From assembly GCA_050298055.1 (NCBI GenBank), contig JBNKTL010000005.1:77104-141103 (forward strand): a stretch of 64,000 nt of DNA. Reading direction: 5' to 3'. The position numbers and the translations under genes were made by a program. Each line of letters begins with the position of its first letter. The stretch's first letter is position 1. The notes beneath the pieces are model-generated. The model was not told the origin of the DNA. It ran no database searches and worked only from the letters and a program-made list of their open reading frames with translations. Of this stretch, positions 1 to 10,663 are shown piece by piece. The stretch comes from Spirochaetota bacterium. Lineage in GTDB: Bacteria; Spirochaetota; UBA4802; UBA5550.

Positions 1-1491
1 GGGAAAAGAGGTAAAAACGTAACAGGCGCCATCAGGCAGCCGTCCGGCGGACCGACCATGAATGTGAAGGGAAGCGCAGCGGGAGGCGGACTTTCGCAGT
101 GTATTCCCCTAACGCCCTTTTCACTTGGACTTACCGGTGACATCAATGCAATTATGAATGCCCATAACCTCGCTATGGTTGCAATCACTTCCCGGATGCA
201 GCATGAGTTTAATTATAACGATGAGATACTCAAATCAAAGAATCTCAAGAGGCTCGATATTGATCCCCATAATGTTGAGTTCAGGTGGATTATCGACTTC
301 TGTGCGCAGTCTCTGAGAGAAATTATTATCGGCCTCGGAGGTCCCAAAAACGGTTTCACTATGAGATCGAGTTTTGGTATTGCAGTAAGTTCCGAGCTTA
401 TGGCTATTCTCGCGGTTGCAACAAGCCTCAAAGATATGAGAGAGAGGATGGGTAAGATCGTTGTTGCCTACAGCAAATGGGGCGACCCGGTCACAACAGC
501 CGATCTCGAAGTTGACGGGGCTATGACGGCATGGATGATGGAGGCCATCAATCCCACACTTATGCAGACAATTGAAGGCCAGCCTGTATTTGTTCACGCA
601 GGTCCTTTTGCCAACATTGCTATCGGCCAGTCTTCAATCGTTGCCGACAAGCTGGGCCTCAAGCTGGGAGACTACCATGTTACCGAGAGCGGTTTCGGTG
701 CTGATATCGGGTTTGAGAAGTTCTGGAACCTCAAATGCAGGTTCAGCGGACTTACACCGGACTGTGCTGTTATTGTTGCCACAGTCAGGGCCCTCAAGAG
801 TCATGGCGGCGGTCCTCCTGTTCCTCCCGGAAAGAAACTCGACCCGGTCTATACATCTGAAAATGTTGAGCTTGTTGACAAGGGATGTGTCAACCTCGTT
901 AAGCATATCGAAAACGTCAAGAAGGCGGGGATTTCTCCTGTTGTCTGTATCAACTCCTTCTACACCGATACAAAAGATGAAATTGCTGCTATCAGGAAAC
1001 ATGCCGAAGCGGCAGGTGCCAGGGTGGCGGTATCCAATCACTGGCTCGAAGGCGGTGATGGGGCCCTTGAGTTAACTGATGCGGTGATCGAAGCATCTGA
1101 GGAAAAGACAGACTTCAAATTCCTCTACGAGCTCGATGCGTCCCTCAGCGAGAGGATCGATAAGATCGCCAGAGAGGTTTACGGTGCGGATGGCGTTAGC
1201 TACACTCCTGAAGCAAAGGCAAAGCTTGAAAGAATGGAGAAGGACCCTGATATATCATCGCTGGGAACATGTATGGTTAAAACACACCTGAGCCTTTCAC
1301 ATGATCCTACGCGGAAGGGGGCCCCCACAGGCTGGACTCTGCCCGTAAGGGACATCCTCACATACAAAGGCGCCGGCTTTGTGGTTCCCGTTGCGGGTAC
1401 TATCAGCCTGATGCCGGGTACGGCTTCTGATCCTGCATACAGAAGGGTCGATGTTGATACCAAGAGAAGGAAAATCACCGGAGTATTCTAA
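1..1491 (+). CDS. fhs: Formate--tetrahydrofolate ligase (5' end outside window)
   Basis: Frame is open from base 1 ([24 protein letters not shown]); FTHFS motifs [27 protein letters not shown] near C-terminus. Confidence 0.97.
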   Translation, partial: GKRGKNVTGAIRQPSGGPTMNVKGSAAGGGLSQCIPLTPFSLGLTGDINAIMNAHNLAMVAITSRMQHEFNYNDEILKSKNLKRLDIDPHNVEFRWIIDFCAQSLREIIIGLGGPKNGFTMRSSFGIAVSSELMAILAVATSLKDMRERMGKIVVAYSKWGDPVTTADLEVDGAMTAWMMEAINPTLMQTIEGQPVFVHAGPFANIAIGQSSIVADKLGLKLGDYHVTESGFGADIGFEKFWNLKCRFSGLTPDCAVIVATVRALKSHGGGPPVPPGKKLDPVYTSENVELVDKGCVNLVKHIENVKKAGISPVVCINSFYTDTKDEIAAIRKHAEAAGARVAVSNHWLEGGDGALELTDAVIEASEEKTDFKFLYELDASLSERIDKIAREVYGADGVSYTPEAKAKLERMEKDPDISSLGTCMVKTHLSLSHDPTRKGAPTGWTLPVRDILTYKGAGFVVPVAGTISLMPGTASDPAYRRVDVDTKRRKITGVF

Positions 1492-1516
1492 TACCGGGTG
1501 ATCTGAAATATAACGG

Positions 1517-1547
1517 ATACCGGTACCGGACTTTCCGGTGCCGGTGT
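1517..1547 (+). terminator. Hairpin after fhs (terminator or mRNA-stabilising stem)
   Basis: accggtaccgga-ctt-tccggtgccggt inverted repeat just past the stop; no clear U-tract on +. Confidence 0.5.
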
Positions 1548-2012
1548 TCATAAAAAAACATTTGAAAGTTATCTTTAATTTTGATATTATTTCAATAGTT
1601 ATACATGAGCCAGATGTCACTTAAAGATAAGTCAGAGTCAGCCTGAGAAGCTGGCTTGAGTAGAGGTTATAAAAAGATTGATTGTTACATCCGGGGTGAA
1701 ATGTTCACCCGGTAAAATAGATAGAGGCTTATTAAATGCATTGATGCTGCCTGTATGCCTGTCAGACATCTCTCTATTCGCTTATTCAGATATCAGTATT
1801 GACCTGGGATCTTTTAAAGAACTATAGTATCAATTTTTAATTGTTATTACAATTAAAACAGCAATTATTGATTTTTAAAGGAATAGCCTGTTAAGTATTT
1901 TAAAAGATCCTAAAAAAATATTGAATTAATTAAGAATAATTTTTAAATGGAGCAATGGACACAAAAATGGGATTTTACTAAGGAGTTTGTCTGAATTGGA
2001 AGAGGAAGTTTT

Positions 2013-2768
2013 ATGAGTTATGTAATCGCCGTAGCAGGCAAGGGGGGGACCGGAAAATCTACCGTTTCGTCATTAATTGTTCGTTCATTATTGAAAAAGG
2101 GGGAGACTCCTGTTCTTGCTATTGATGCGGACCCGAATTCCAATCTCGCAGAATCCATTGGGATCAATGTAAATGATACAATCGGTACTGTTCTCTCCGA
2201 TTACATGAGACAGAGACTGGACCTCCCCCAGGGGATGACCAAGCAGGCTTTCCTGGAGATGAAACTTCACCAGATCATCAAAGAGGATGATAAAATTGAT
2301 ATGCTGGTCATGGGCTGTCCCGAAGGCTCCGGTTGTTACTGCGGCGCCAACGCGATTCTTAAAAGTTATTTTGAAGACCTTAAAAAGAACTACAAATTCA
2401 TTGTTGTAGACAACGAGGCGGGGATGGAGCACTTCAGCAGAAAGACAGCGGCTGATATCGATCTTCTCCTTTTTGTTTCAAATTATTCCAAAAAAGGAAT
2501 TGTAACCGTAGAGAGACTCTCAAAGATGGTTGATGACCTTAAACTTTCGGTCAAAAACCGTTATCTTTTAATAAACCAGACCCCTGAAGAGCTGGATCCT
2601 GATTTTGTCAAAGATGTAGAAAATATCGGAATACCCTATTTCGGTAACCTGGTTTCCGATAAAGTGATAGAAGAATATGATGTTAAAGGTAAGCCGTTAA
2701 CAGACCTTCCGGACGATTCTCTTACCGTACAGAACTTTGAAGAAATGCTCTGGGAGAGAATAGATTAA
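2013..2768 (+). CDS. cooC: CooC/AcsF-type nickel-insertion ATPase
   Basis: GKGGTGKS deviant Walker A, DADPNSNL, GCYC motif, DNEAGMEH; inside the acs cluster. Confidence 0.9.
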   Translation: MSYVIAVAGKGGTGKSTVSSLIVRSLLKKGETPVLAIDADPNSNLAESIGINVNDTIGTVLSDYMRQRLDLPQGMTKQAFLEMKLHQIIKEDDKIDMLVMGCPEGSGCYCGANAILKSYFEDLKKNYKFIVVDNEAGMEHFSRKTAADIDLLLFVSNYSKKGIVTVERLSKMVDDLKLSVKNRYLLINQTPEELDPDFVKDVENIGIPYFGNLVSDKVIEEYDVKGKPLTDLPDDSLTVQNFEEMLWERID

Positions 2769-2789
2769 AGAAATTTTATGGAGGAAAAA

Positions 2790-3683
2790 ATGTCAGCAAA
2801 GATCATAAGCGGAACAGAAATTGCCAAAGAGATCAGGGCGGAACTGAAAAGTGAAGTTGAAGAACTGGTCAGTAAACATAATGTTCAACCGGGACTTGTT
2901 ACCATTCTTGTGGGAGAAAATCCCGCATCGGTAAGCTATGTTACGGCAAAAGGGAAAACAGCCAAGGAACTGGGATTCAACTCAATACAGGATGACCAGC
3001 CCGAGGATATCACGGAGGAAGATCTTCTGAAGTTGATTGATAAATACAATAATGACCCGAAGATCCATGGAATTCTTGTTCAGCTTCCCCTGCCAAAACA
3101 CATTGACGAGAATAAGGTTCTCTATGCCATCGATCCGGATAAGGATGTTGACGGATTTCATCCGGTAAATGTGGGAAGACTCGTCATTGGCGAGGCAAAG
3201 TTCTATCCCTGCACACCATACGGGATTCAGGAGATGCTCATCCGTTCAGGAGCAATCCATGACGGGGCAGAAGTTGTGGTCGTGGGGAGAAGTAATATTG
3301 TGGGTAAACCAATATCCATGATGCTGGTTCAGAAGGCCAAGGGCGCCAACGCCACCGTAACCATGTGTCACACACGGACAAAGGACATGAAGGCCCACAC
3401 TCTGCGTGCTGATATTCTTATTGTGGCGGCGGGTGTTCCCAAGGCGGTAACGGCGGATATGGTCAAGCCGGGCGCGGTGGTCATAGATGTGGGGGTCAAC
3501 CGGGTGGGAAAGACACCGGAAGGAAAGGCGATCCTTGAGGGAGATGTGGACTTTGAGCCTGTGAAGGAGATCGCGTCCGCCATAACTCCGGTACCCGGCG
3601 GTGTGGGCCCCATGACCATTACAATGCTTATGAAGAACACGGTGAGAGCCGCAAAGATAGCGGCAGGTCTTTCACTGGATTAA
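2790..3683 (+). CDS. folD: Methylene-THF dehydrogenase/methenyl-THF cyclohydrolase
   Basis: HGILVQLPLP, KDVDGFHP, GRSNIVGKP, TPVPGGVGPMT; GGAGG precedes ATG 2790. Confidence 0.97.
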   Translation: MSAKIISGTEIAKEIRAELKSEVEELVSKHNVQPGLVTILVGENPASVSYVTAKGKTAKELGFNSIQDDQPEDITEEDLLKLIDKYNNDPKIHGILVQLPLPKHIDENKVLYAIDPDKDVDGFHPVNVGRLVIGEAKFYPCTPYGIQEMLIRSGAIHDGAEVVVVGRSNIVGKPISMMLVQKAKGANATVTMCHTRTKDMKAHTLRADILIVAAGVPKAVTADMVKPGAVVIDVGVNRVGKTPEGKAILEGDVDFEPVKEIASAITPVPGGVGPMTITMLMKNTVRAAKIAAGLSLD

Positions 3684-3761
3684 ATATGTCTGTAAACGGA
3701 GGATAGAATTATTTTCCGATTAAGTTATATATTTTGAAAAAAGACCTCAGGAGGTAAATAT

Positions 3762-3977
3762 ATGTCTGAGAAAATAGTCGAGAAGAAGGATTTTTCCGGA
3801 AAAACCGTAAAGGTCCTTGATGAAACATATGAGCCGGGTAATCCGTCTGCTGATAAAGATCAGATAGATAAGTGGCGAAACAAGATAAGAAACAGAGATC
3901 AGAACATGAAATTCTTACAGAGTTCTCAGAGGTACTGGTACAGTAATGACTGGTATGGAAGCGAAAAGAGAAAATAA
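3762..3977 (+). CDS. Small hypothetical protein inside the acs operon (71 aa)
   Basis: AGGAGG RBS, fills the folD-acsD gap, same orientation as neighbours. Confidence 0.75.
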   Translation: MSEKIVEKKDFSGKTVKVLDETYEPGNPSADKDQIDKWRNKIRNRDQNMKFLQSSQRYWYSNDWYGSEKRK

Positions 3978-4005
3978 TTGTCAGGAAACAGGAAGGAGGA
4001 ACTAA

Positions 4006-4947
4006 ATGGCTTTTGAAATCCCAAAAATTGATTATTCTGGTAAAATCAGAGAGATAACATTAGGTACAGGCGACAAGGCTGTTACTGTTGGCGGGGAGAC
4101 CTGCTATCCGTTCTATACTTTTGAAGGTGAAATGCCCCATCTTCCGAAGGTCTCAATGGAAGTATGGGACTTTCAACCGGATGACTGGGCGGAGGCAGCA
4201 GTTGAGCCTTTTAATGATGTTCTCGGAGACCCGGTGGCATGGGCAAAGAAGTGCGTAGATGAATACGGAGCTGAGCTCATTACCCTTCAACTCCGAAGTA
4301 TAGATCCCAATGGCATGAACAGGCCCGCGGAAGAAGCTGCTGATGTGGCCGCAAAGGTTATCGAAGCGGTTGATGTACCTGTTATTTTATGGGGTGTTGC
4401 CTCTCATGAAAAAGATACCGAAGTATTAAGGCTGATTGCTGAAAAGTGCGAAGGGAAAAACGTATCCCTGGGACCTGTTGAGGAAGGTGATTACAAGCAG
4501 ATAGGTGCGGGCGCCATAGCGTACAAGCACGTTGTGGTTGCTTCTTCTCCCATTGACATCAACCTTGCAAAGCAGCTGAACATACTTCTCGGCAACCTGG
4601 GAGTTGGAGATGACAAGATCATTGTTGATCCCACCACCGGCGCCCTGGGCTATGGACTGGAATATTCTTATTCCGTAATGGAGAGGGACAGAATGGCGGC
4701 CCTTACACAGGAAGATGAAAAGCTCCAGTATCCGATTATCTGTAATGTGGGACTGGAAACATGGAAGGTCAAGGAGTCAAAGATCTCCGAATCCGAAGAG
4801 CCCACACTGGGAGACGCAAAAAAGAGAGGAATAATGATAGAGTGCGTAACGGCAATGTCTGCTCTGCTTGCCGGTGCGGATATCCTTGTCATGCGTCATC
4901 CTGAATCTATCAAACTTATTAAGAAGATGATCGACGATCTTGCTTAG
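4006..4947 (+). CDS. acsD: Corrinoid Fe-S protein small subunit
   Basis: VGGETCYPFY, DINLAKQLN, DPTTGALGYGLEYSYSVMER, GADILVMRHP. Confidence 0.96.
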   Translation: MAFEIPKIDYSGKIREITLGTGDKAVTVGGETCYPFYTFEGEMPHLPKVSMEVWDFQPDDWAEAAVEPFNDVLGDPVAWAKKCVDEYGAELITLQLRSIDPNGMNRPAEEAADVAAKVIEAVDVPVILWGVASHEKDTEVLRLIAEKCEGKNVSLGPVEEGDYKQIGAGAIAYKHVVVASSPIDINLAKQLNILLGNLGVGDDKIIVDPTTGALGYGLEYSYSVMERDRMAALTQEDEKLQYPIICNVGLETWKVKESKISESEEPTLGDAKKRGIMIECVTAMSALLAGADILVMRHPESIKLIKKMIDDLA

Positions 4948-4984
4948 TAGAAAATCTATGAGTATTCGTTAGGAGGACAATAAT

Positions 4985-6925
4985 ATGGCTGAAGCGAAAG
5001 TCAGAAGTGTTGACAGCGCTACTGTTAAAATGCTGGAAAAGGCCGAGAAAGACGGTTGCAATACCGCCTTTGATCGGGCAGAAGATATGAAACCCTGTCC
5101 TATCGGAGCAGTGGGAAGTTGCTGTAAGAACTGCGCCATGGGGCCCTGCCGTGTACCTTATAAAGAAGGTAAGGAGCAGAAAGTCGGTATTTGCGGTGCT
5201 ACTCCCGCGACAATAGCTGCAAGAAATTTTGCAAGAATGATAGCTGCGGGATCGGCATCGCACTCAGACCACAGCAGGGACGTTGTTGAGGTCTTTATCC
5301 TTGCGGCTAAGGGAGAGATTCCCGGGTATGAGATAAAAGACGAGCATAAACTTATTGCCATGGCAATGGACTATGAGATTGAAGTTGAAGGAAGAGAAAT
5401 CAACGAGATAGCAATAGATCTCGGGGAGAAATGCCTTTCCCAGTTCGGCCAGCAGCATGGCGAACTACTGGGCTGTAATAAGGCCCCGGAAAAGAGAAAG
5501 GAAATATGGAGAGAAAAGGGTGTCTGGCCCCGGGGGATCGACCGCGAGGTTGTTGAGGTCATGCACAGGACCCATATCGGTGTTGACCAGGACTACAGGA
5601 CCCTTATTCAGCAGGGAACGCGGACGGCTCTTGCTGACGGGTGGGGCGGTTCAATGATATCCACCGATCTCCAGGACATCATGTTCGGTGTTCCCACTCC
5701 GGTTTACAGTGAAATCAACCTGGGAGTCATCGAAGAGAAGAATGTGAACATAATCGTTAACGGCCACGAGCCCCTTATTTCCGAGATGATCATTGTTGCG
5801 TCACAGGACCCTGAAATGCTCGAACTGGCCAAGTCCAAGGGCGCTGAAGGGATCACGGTATCGGGAATGTGCTGTACGGGAAACGAGATCCTGCTCAGGC
5901 ACGGTATTCCCCTGGCAGGGAACTTCCTGCAGCAGGAACTTGCCATCGTTACCGGGGCTGTTGAAGCAATGATCGTTGATGTTCAGTGTATCATGCAGTC
6001 TCTTGCCAGTGTTTCAAAGTGTTACCACACCAAGCTGATAACAGTTTCTCCCAAGGGGAATATCGAAGGCGCGGAGAAGATCCTCTTCGATGATCATGAT
6101 GCCCTCAATTCGGCAAAAAAGCTCATTACAGCGGCAATTGAGAATTTCCCCAACAGGAAGAGCGAGGTGCTTATCCCCGATGAAAGGGCGCCTATGATTG
6201 CGGGTTTCAGTCATGAAACCATAGACTACCTTCTCGGCGGAATGTTCAGGGCATCATACAAACCTCTCAATGATAATATTATCAACGGGAGGATCCGGGG
6301 TATAGCCGGTGTTGTTGGGTGCAACAACGCGCGGTCGGTTCACGATGACAAACACCTGAAGCTTATCAAGGAGCTCATCAAGAACGATGTGATCGTACTG
6401 ACTACAGGATGCAGCGCCGCCGCGTGCGGTAAAGCAGGTCTTCTTACCCCTGAAGCGGCACAGGAGTATGCCGGAGCAGGGCTTGCGGAGGTCTGTGAGA
6501 CGGTGGGTATCCCCCCTGTGCTTCATATGGGTGCGTGTGTTGATAACAGCCGGATACTCATAGCGGCAACAGCCGTTGTGAAGGAAGGCGGACTGGGTGA
6601 TGATATCTGTGACCTTCCCGCAGCGGGAGCAGCTCCCGAGTGGATGAGTGAAAAAGCTATCGCTATTGGCCAATACTTCGTGGGGTCGGGTGTTTACACG
6701 GTCTTCGGAACGGCATTCCCCACAACGGGGAGTAAAGAATTTACCGATTACCTTTTCAATGGTATTGAGAAAGATTTCGGTGGTAAATGGGATTTCGTGG
6801 AAGATCCTATTGAAATGGCGCAGAAGATGATAGCTCATATCGATAAGAAGCGAAAGGAACTTGGCATCGACAAGGCAAGGGAAAGGGTACTTATGGATAT
6901 GGCAGACAGACGAGAACTGGCATAA
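4985..6925 (+). CDS. cooS: Ni-dependent CO dehydrogenase catalytic subunit
   Basis: CCKNCAMGPC, HSDH, NGHEP, GMCCTGNE, VVGCNN, TTGC, GACVDN, EWMSEKA. Confidence 0.97.
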   Translation: MAEAKVRSVDSATVKMLEKAEKDGCNTAFDRAEDMKPCPIGAVGSCCKNCAMGPCRVPYKEGKEQKVGICGATPATIAARNFARMIAAGSASHSDHSRDVVEVFILAAKGEIPGYEIKDEHKLIAMAMDYEIEVEGREINEIAIDLGEKCLSQFGQQHGELLGCNKAPEKRKEIWREKGVWPRGIDREVVEVMHRTHIGVDQDYRTLIQQGTRTALADGWGGSMISTDLQDIMFGVPTPVYSEINLGVIEEKNVNIIVNGHEPLISEMIIVASQDPEMLELAKSKGAEGITVSGMCCTGNEILLRHGIPLAGNFLQQELAIVTGAVEAMIVDVQCIMQSLASVSKCYHTKLITVSPKGNIEGAEKILFDDHDALNSAKKLITAAIENFPNRKSEVLIPDERAPMIAGFSHETIDYLLGGMFRASYKPLNDNIINGRIRGIAGVVGCNNARSVHDDKHLKLIKELIKNDVIVLTTGCSAAACGKAGLLTPEAAQEYAGAGLAEVCETVGIPPVLHMGACVDNSRILIAATAVVKEGGLGDDICDLPAAGAAPEWMSEKAIAIGQYFVGSGVYTVFGTAFPTTGSKEFTDYLFNGIEKDFGGKWDFVEDPIEMAQKMIAHIDKKRKELGIDKARERVLMDMADRRELA

Positions 6926-6958
6926 GCCGGTTAAAAATACTAGAGAGGAGGCTAAAAA

Positions 6959-9163
6959 GTGTCTAAGATAATAGCTTCAGCAGCCATTAGAGGCGCACAT
7001 AAGATAGTCGGCAGAGTCGATGACAAGATAAAAGAGGCCATAGATAAATTCGGCCCAAACCAGGAAGTGGCGTTTCCCAATACAGGTTACTATCTTCCTA
7101 TCATATACGGCATGACAGGGGAAAAGGTGGAGAAGCTCAGTGATATGGAGAAGATCATCGGTATCACCAAAGATCTTCTTCCCGCCCCGGTAAGGGAGAA
7201 AACACATCTTCCCTACCTGGGACCTGTTCTCGATGCGGGTATGGCAACGTTCTTCGCGGAAGAAATGGAAGAAGCCATCAGGTATATTGAGGACCCGAAA
7301 TGCTATGTCCCGGGTGAGGACCCTACGGATGAAAATATCTGGCTCGGTGCGGCGGATGACGTTATCATGAGGAAGAGGGGAGTTGAGTTCGTTGACGGAA
7401 CAGCTCCCGGGTTTGCCGCCATTCTCGGCGGACCGGAAGATCCCGAAGTTGCGGAAAAGATCGCGTTAGAGCTCCAGGAGAAGAACCTCTATGTCTTCAT
7501 GAGTGCTGATTCCGAGGGAAAAAAGATGTCGGAGCAGCTGGTTGAGAGGGGTGTCCAGATAGGATGGCCCACGCGGCTGGTATCCTTCGGACCCAATGTG
7601 GGTTCCGCGGTATTCTCTATCGGTTTCGCCACCCGTGCGGCCATGTCCTTCGGTGGAATTGATCCCGGTGATTACAGAAAGATCCTCATTTACAACAAGG
7701 ACAGGGTTTACGCTTTTGCCATGACTTTCGGGTTTGTCAATGACGAGTGGTACGCCAACGGCGCCGGTTGTATCAACTGGGGATTTCCCGTTATTACGGA
7801 CACGCCCACACCAGAGATCAATCCTACCGGTGTCTGTACATATGAACATGTTGTGGCGAATATTCCTCACGAAGACATCGTACAGAAGTCCATCGAGGTC
7901 AGGGGACTGAAAGTTTCCATCACCAAGGTCCCCGTTCCTGTTTCTTACGGGCCTGCCTTTGAGGGTGAAAGGGTCCGGGGGGACGATATCTTCCTTGAAG
8001 CCGGCGGCGGAAGGACAACTGCCGTAGAACTTGTAACGTCCGCCGAGATGGACCAGGTGACAGACGGAGAGGTAAAGGTTGTGGGGCAGGATATTGGCGA
8101 TCTCGAGGCCGGCGCGAAGATCCCCCTGGCGATCCTTGTTGAGATCGCGGGAAGGCAGATGCAGCCTGACTTTGAGCCGATCCTTGAAAGACAGATCCAC
8201 CACCTTATCAACTACGCCCAGGGAGTCATGCATATCGGGCAGAGGGACATTACGTGGATCAGGCTGAGCAAGAACGCCGTGGAGAAGGGATTTACCCTGA
8301 GACACCTGGGTGATATCCTTCATGCCAAGCTCCACCAGGACTTCGGCAATATCTTTGATAAGGCCCAGGTAACGATCTTTACCGATGAAGCGGAGGTCCA
8401 GAAGATCCTTGAAAAGGCCAGGGGGATATACAGGGTAAGGGACGACAGGGTCGGAAGCATGACAGACGAGGACACGGATCCTTTCTATTCATGTACGCTC
8501 TGCCAGTCATTTGCTCCCAACCACGTATGTGTTGTTACCCCTGAAAGAACAGGGCTCTGCGGCGCGTACAACTGGCTCGACTGTAAAGCGTCATACGAGA
8601 TAAATCCCACAGGGCCCAACCAGCCCATTCTCAAGGGTGAAACGCTTGACGCGGAGTACGGGAAGTGGTCAGGGACCGATGAGTTTGTACTCAAGGCATC
8701 AAGGGGAAATGTCCCCACCGTTGATGCGTACAGTATCATGAGAAATCCCATGACCTCATGCGGGTGCTTCGAATGTATAGCGGCTGTTCTGCCCACATGC
8801 AACGGCATTATGACTGTTGACAGGGACACATCGGCTATGACCCCGTCGGGTATGAAGTTTACAACTCTTGCGGGAACTGTAGGGGGCGGTAACGTGACAC
8901 CGGGATTCCTGGGACACAGTAAGCTCTATATTACAAGTAAGAAGTTTCTCAAGGCGGAGGGAGGACTTCAGCGGCTTGTCTGGATGCCAAAATCTCTTAA
9001 GGAGGAGATCCGGGAGAGGTTTGAGGTCCGCGCAAAGGAGATCGGGATCCCCGACCTTCTTGACAGGATCGCGGACGAGACCGTGGCATCAACCGAGGAA
9101 GAAGTCTACGCTTATATCAGCGAGAAAAAACATCCCGCTCTTGAGATGGATTCACTCTTCTAG
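6959..9163 (+). CDS. acsB: Acetyl-CoA synthase
   Basis: FPNTGYYLP N-domain, CTLCQSFAPNHVC, GLCGA, PMTSCGCFE A-cluster motifs; GTG start. Confidence 0.97.
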   Translation: MSKIIASAAIRGAHKIVGRVDDKIKEAIDKFGPNQEVAFPNTGYYLPIIYGMTGEKVEKLSDMEKIIGITKDLLPAPVREKTHLPYLGPVLDAGMATFFAEEMEEAIRYIEDPKCYVPGEDPTDENIWLGAADDVIMRKRGVEFVDGTAPGFAAILGGPEDPEVAEKIALELQEKNLYVFMSADSEGKKMSEQLVERGVQIGWPTRLVSFGPNVGSAVFSIGFATRAAMSFGGIDPGDYRKILIYNKDRVYAFAMTFGFVNDEWYANGAGCINWGFPVITDTPTPEINPTGVCTYEHVVANIPHEDIVQKSIEVRGLKVSITKVPVPVSYGPAFEGERVRGDDIFLEAGGGRTTAVELVTSAEMDQVTDGEVKVVGQDIGDLEAGAKIPLAILVEIAGRQMQPDFEPILERQIHHLINYAQGVMHIGQRDITWIRLSKNAVEKGFTLRHLGDILHAKLHQDFGNIFDKAQVTIFTDEAEVQKILEKARGIYRVRDDRVGSMTDEDTDPFYSCTLCQSFAPNHVCVVTPERTGLCGAYNWLDCKASYEINPTGPNQPILKGETLDAEYGKWSGTDEFVLKASRGNVPTVDAYSIMRNPMTSCGCFECIAAVLPTCNGIMTVDRDTSAMTPSGMKFTTLAGTVGGGNVTPGFLGHSKLYITSKKFLKAEGGLQRLVWMPKSLKEEIRERFEVRAKEIGIPDLLDRIADETVASTEEEVYAYISEKKHPALEMDSLF

Positions 9164-9175
9164 ATAATCAGGCAG

Positions 9176-9210
9176 TACCGGGGATGCCGGAAATTAAGGT
9201 ATCCCCGGTA
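9176..9210 (+). terminator. Intergenic stem-loop between acsB and acsC
   Basis: taccggggatgcc/ggtatccccggta 13-bp stem with one G-U pair. Confidence 0.45.
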
Positions 9211-9282
9211 TTGATAAAACCGTAGAGCGGTTATAATGAGAAAAAATAGAAATAAAAGAGAAAAAAAGGAAGGAGATATTAA

Positions 9283-10632
9283 ATGGCACTTACAGGTATA
9301 GAAATCTTCAAGCTTTTACCCAAGACAAACTGCGGTGATTGCGGTGTTCCCACATGTCTCGCGTTTGCAATGAAACTCGCGGCCGGGCAGGCGGAACTTG
9401 CGTCATGCCCCCATGTTTCCGAAGAGTCAAAGGCCAAGCTTGATTCTGCGTCCGCTCCTCCCGTGTTGCCGGTGACAATCGGTACGGGTGACGGGGCATT
9501 CAAGACCGGTGGTGAAACGGTCATGTTCAGGCATGAAAAGACCTTTGTTAATCCCACGGGTATAGCTGTTCTTATAACGGATAAAATGAGCGATGCTGAT
9601 GTGGAGAAGAGGTTAAAGAATTTTGTTGATCTCCAGTATGACCGCGTGGGCATGCTTCTGAAAGCCGATCTCATCGCCGTGAAGTCCGAAACCGGTGATG
9701 CGGGCGCTTTCGAGGCCCTTATTAATAAGGCCAAAGGGACGGCAAATTGCGGACTTATCCTTATGAGCGATAATGCCGATGTCCTGGAGGCAGGGGTTAA
9801 GGCATGTGCTGAAACAAAGCCGCTTATTTATGCTGCCACAAAAGATAATGTTGAGAAAGTCGGAAACATTGCAAAGGAGAACAAGTGTTCCGTTGCGGTG
9901 AAAGGCGCAAATCTTGACGAAGTTATCGAACTGACGGAAAAGCTGGCAGGCATGGGCCTTAAGGAGATCGTCATAGACTCCGGGGCACGTGAGAAGAAGC
10001 AGGCTTTCCGGGACCAGGTAGTCATAAGAAGGGCCGCAATAAAGAACACCTTCAGGGCGCTGGGATATCCCACAATCACATTTCCCTGTGAAATGTCAGA
10101 TGACTTAATGGAAGAAACACTTATCGCTTCCACCTTTATCGCCAAGTATGGGGGAATATGCGTCATGTCCGACCTTGAAGGTCACAGCCTCTTCCCGCTT
10201 CTGGTTGAGAGGATGAACATATTTACCGATCCTCAGAGACCCATGGCCACGGAAGAAGGAATTTATCCCATTAACAATCCCGATGAAAACTCACCGGTTC
10301 TTATCACCACAAATTTCTCTCTTACCTACTTTATTGTTTCCGGTGAGATTGAAGGAAGCAGGATGCCCTGCTGGCTTCTCATCATGGAAAACGAGGGGCT
10401 CTCGGTCCTCACGGCCTGGGCGGCAGGCAAGTTCGTAGCCGATGCCATTGCTCCCTTTGTGAAAAAGAGCGGAATTGCGGATAAGATCAAACATAAATCA
10501 CTGGTGATACCGGGATACGCGGCGACAATCAGCGGGGAACTTGAAGAAGAACTCTCAGACTGGAAAATCGTGATCGGTCCCAGGGAAGCCGCTCATATTC
10601 CCGCGTTCCTTAAGGAATTCAAGCCGGAATAG
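9283..10632 (+). CDS. acsC: Corrinoid Fe-S protein large subunit
   Basis: LPKTNCGDCGVPTCLAFAM, FRHEKTF, TDPQRPM, TTNFSLTY, SVLTAWAAGKF. Confidence 0.97.
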   Translation: MALTGIEIFKLLPKTNCGDCGVPTCLAFAMKLAAGQAELASCPHVSEESKAKLDSASAPPVLPVTIGTGDGAFKTGGETVMFRHEKTFVNPTGIAVLITDKMSDADVEKRLKNFVDLQYDRVGMLLKADLIAVKSETGDAGAFEALINKAKGTANCGLILMSDNADVLEAGVKACAETKPLIYAATKDNVEKVGNIAKENKCSVAVKGANLDEVIELTEKLAGMGLKEIVIDSGAREKKQAFRDQVVIRRAAIKNTFRALGYPTITFPCEMSDDLMEETLIASTFIAKYGGICVMSDLEGHSLFPLLVERMNIFTDPQRPMATEEGIYPINNPDENSPVLITTNFSLTYFIVSGEIEGSRMPCWLLIMENEGLSVLTAWAAGKFVADAIAPFVKKSGIADKIKHKSLVIPGYAATISGELEEELSDWKIVIGPREAAHIPAFLKEFKPE

Positions 10633-10663
10633 TCTATTAGAGTATTACAGAAGGAGGAAATTG

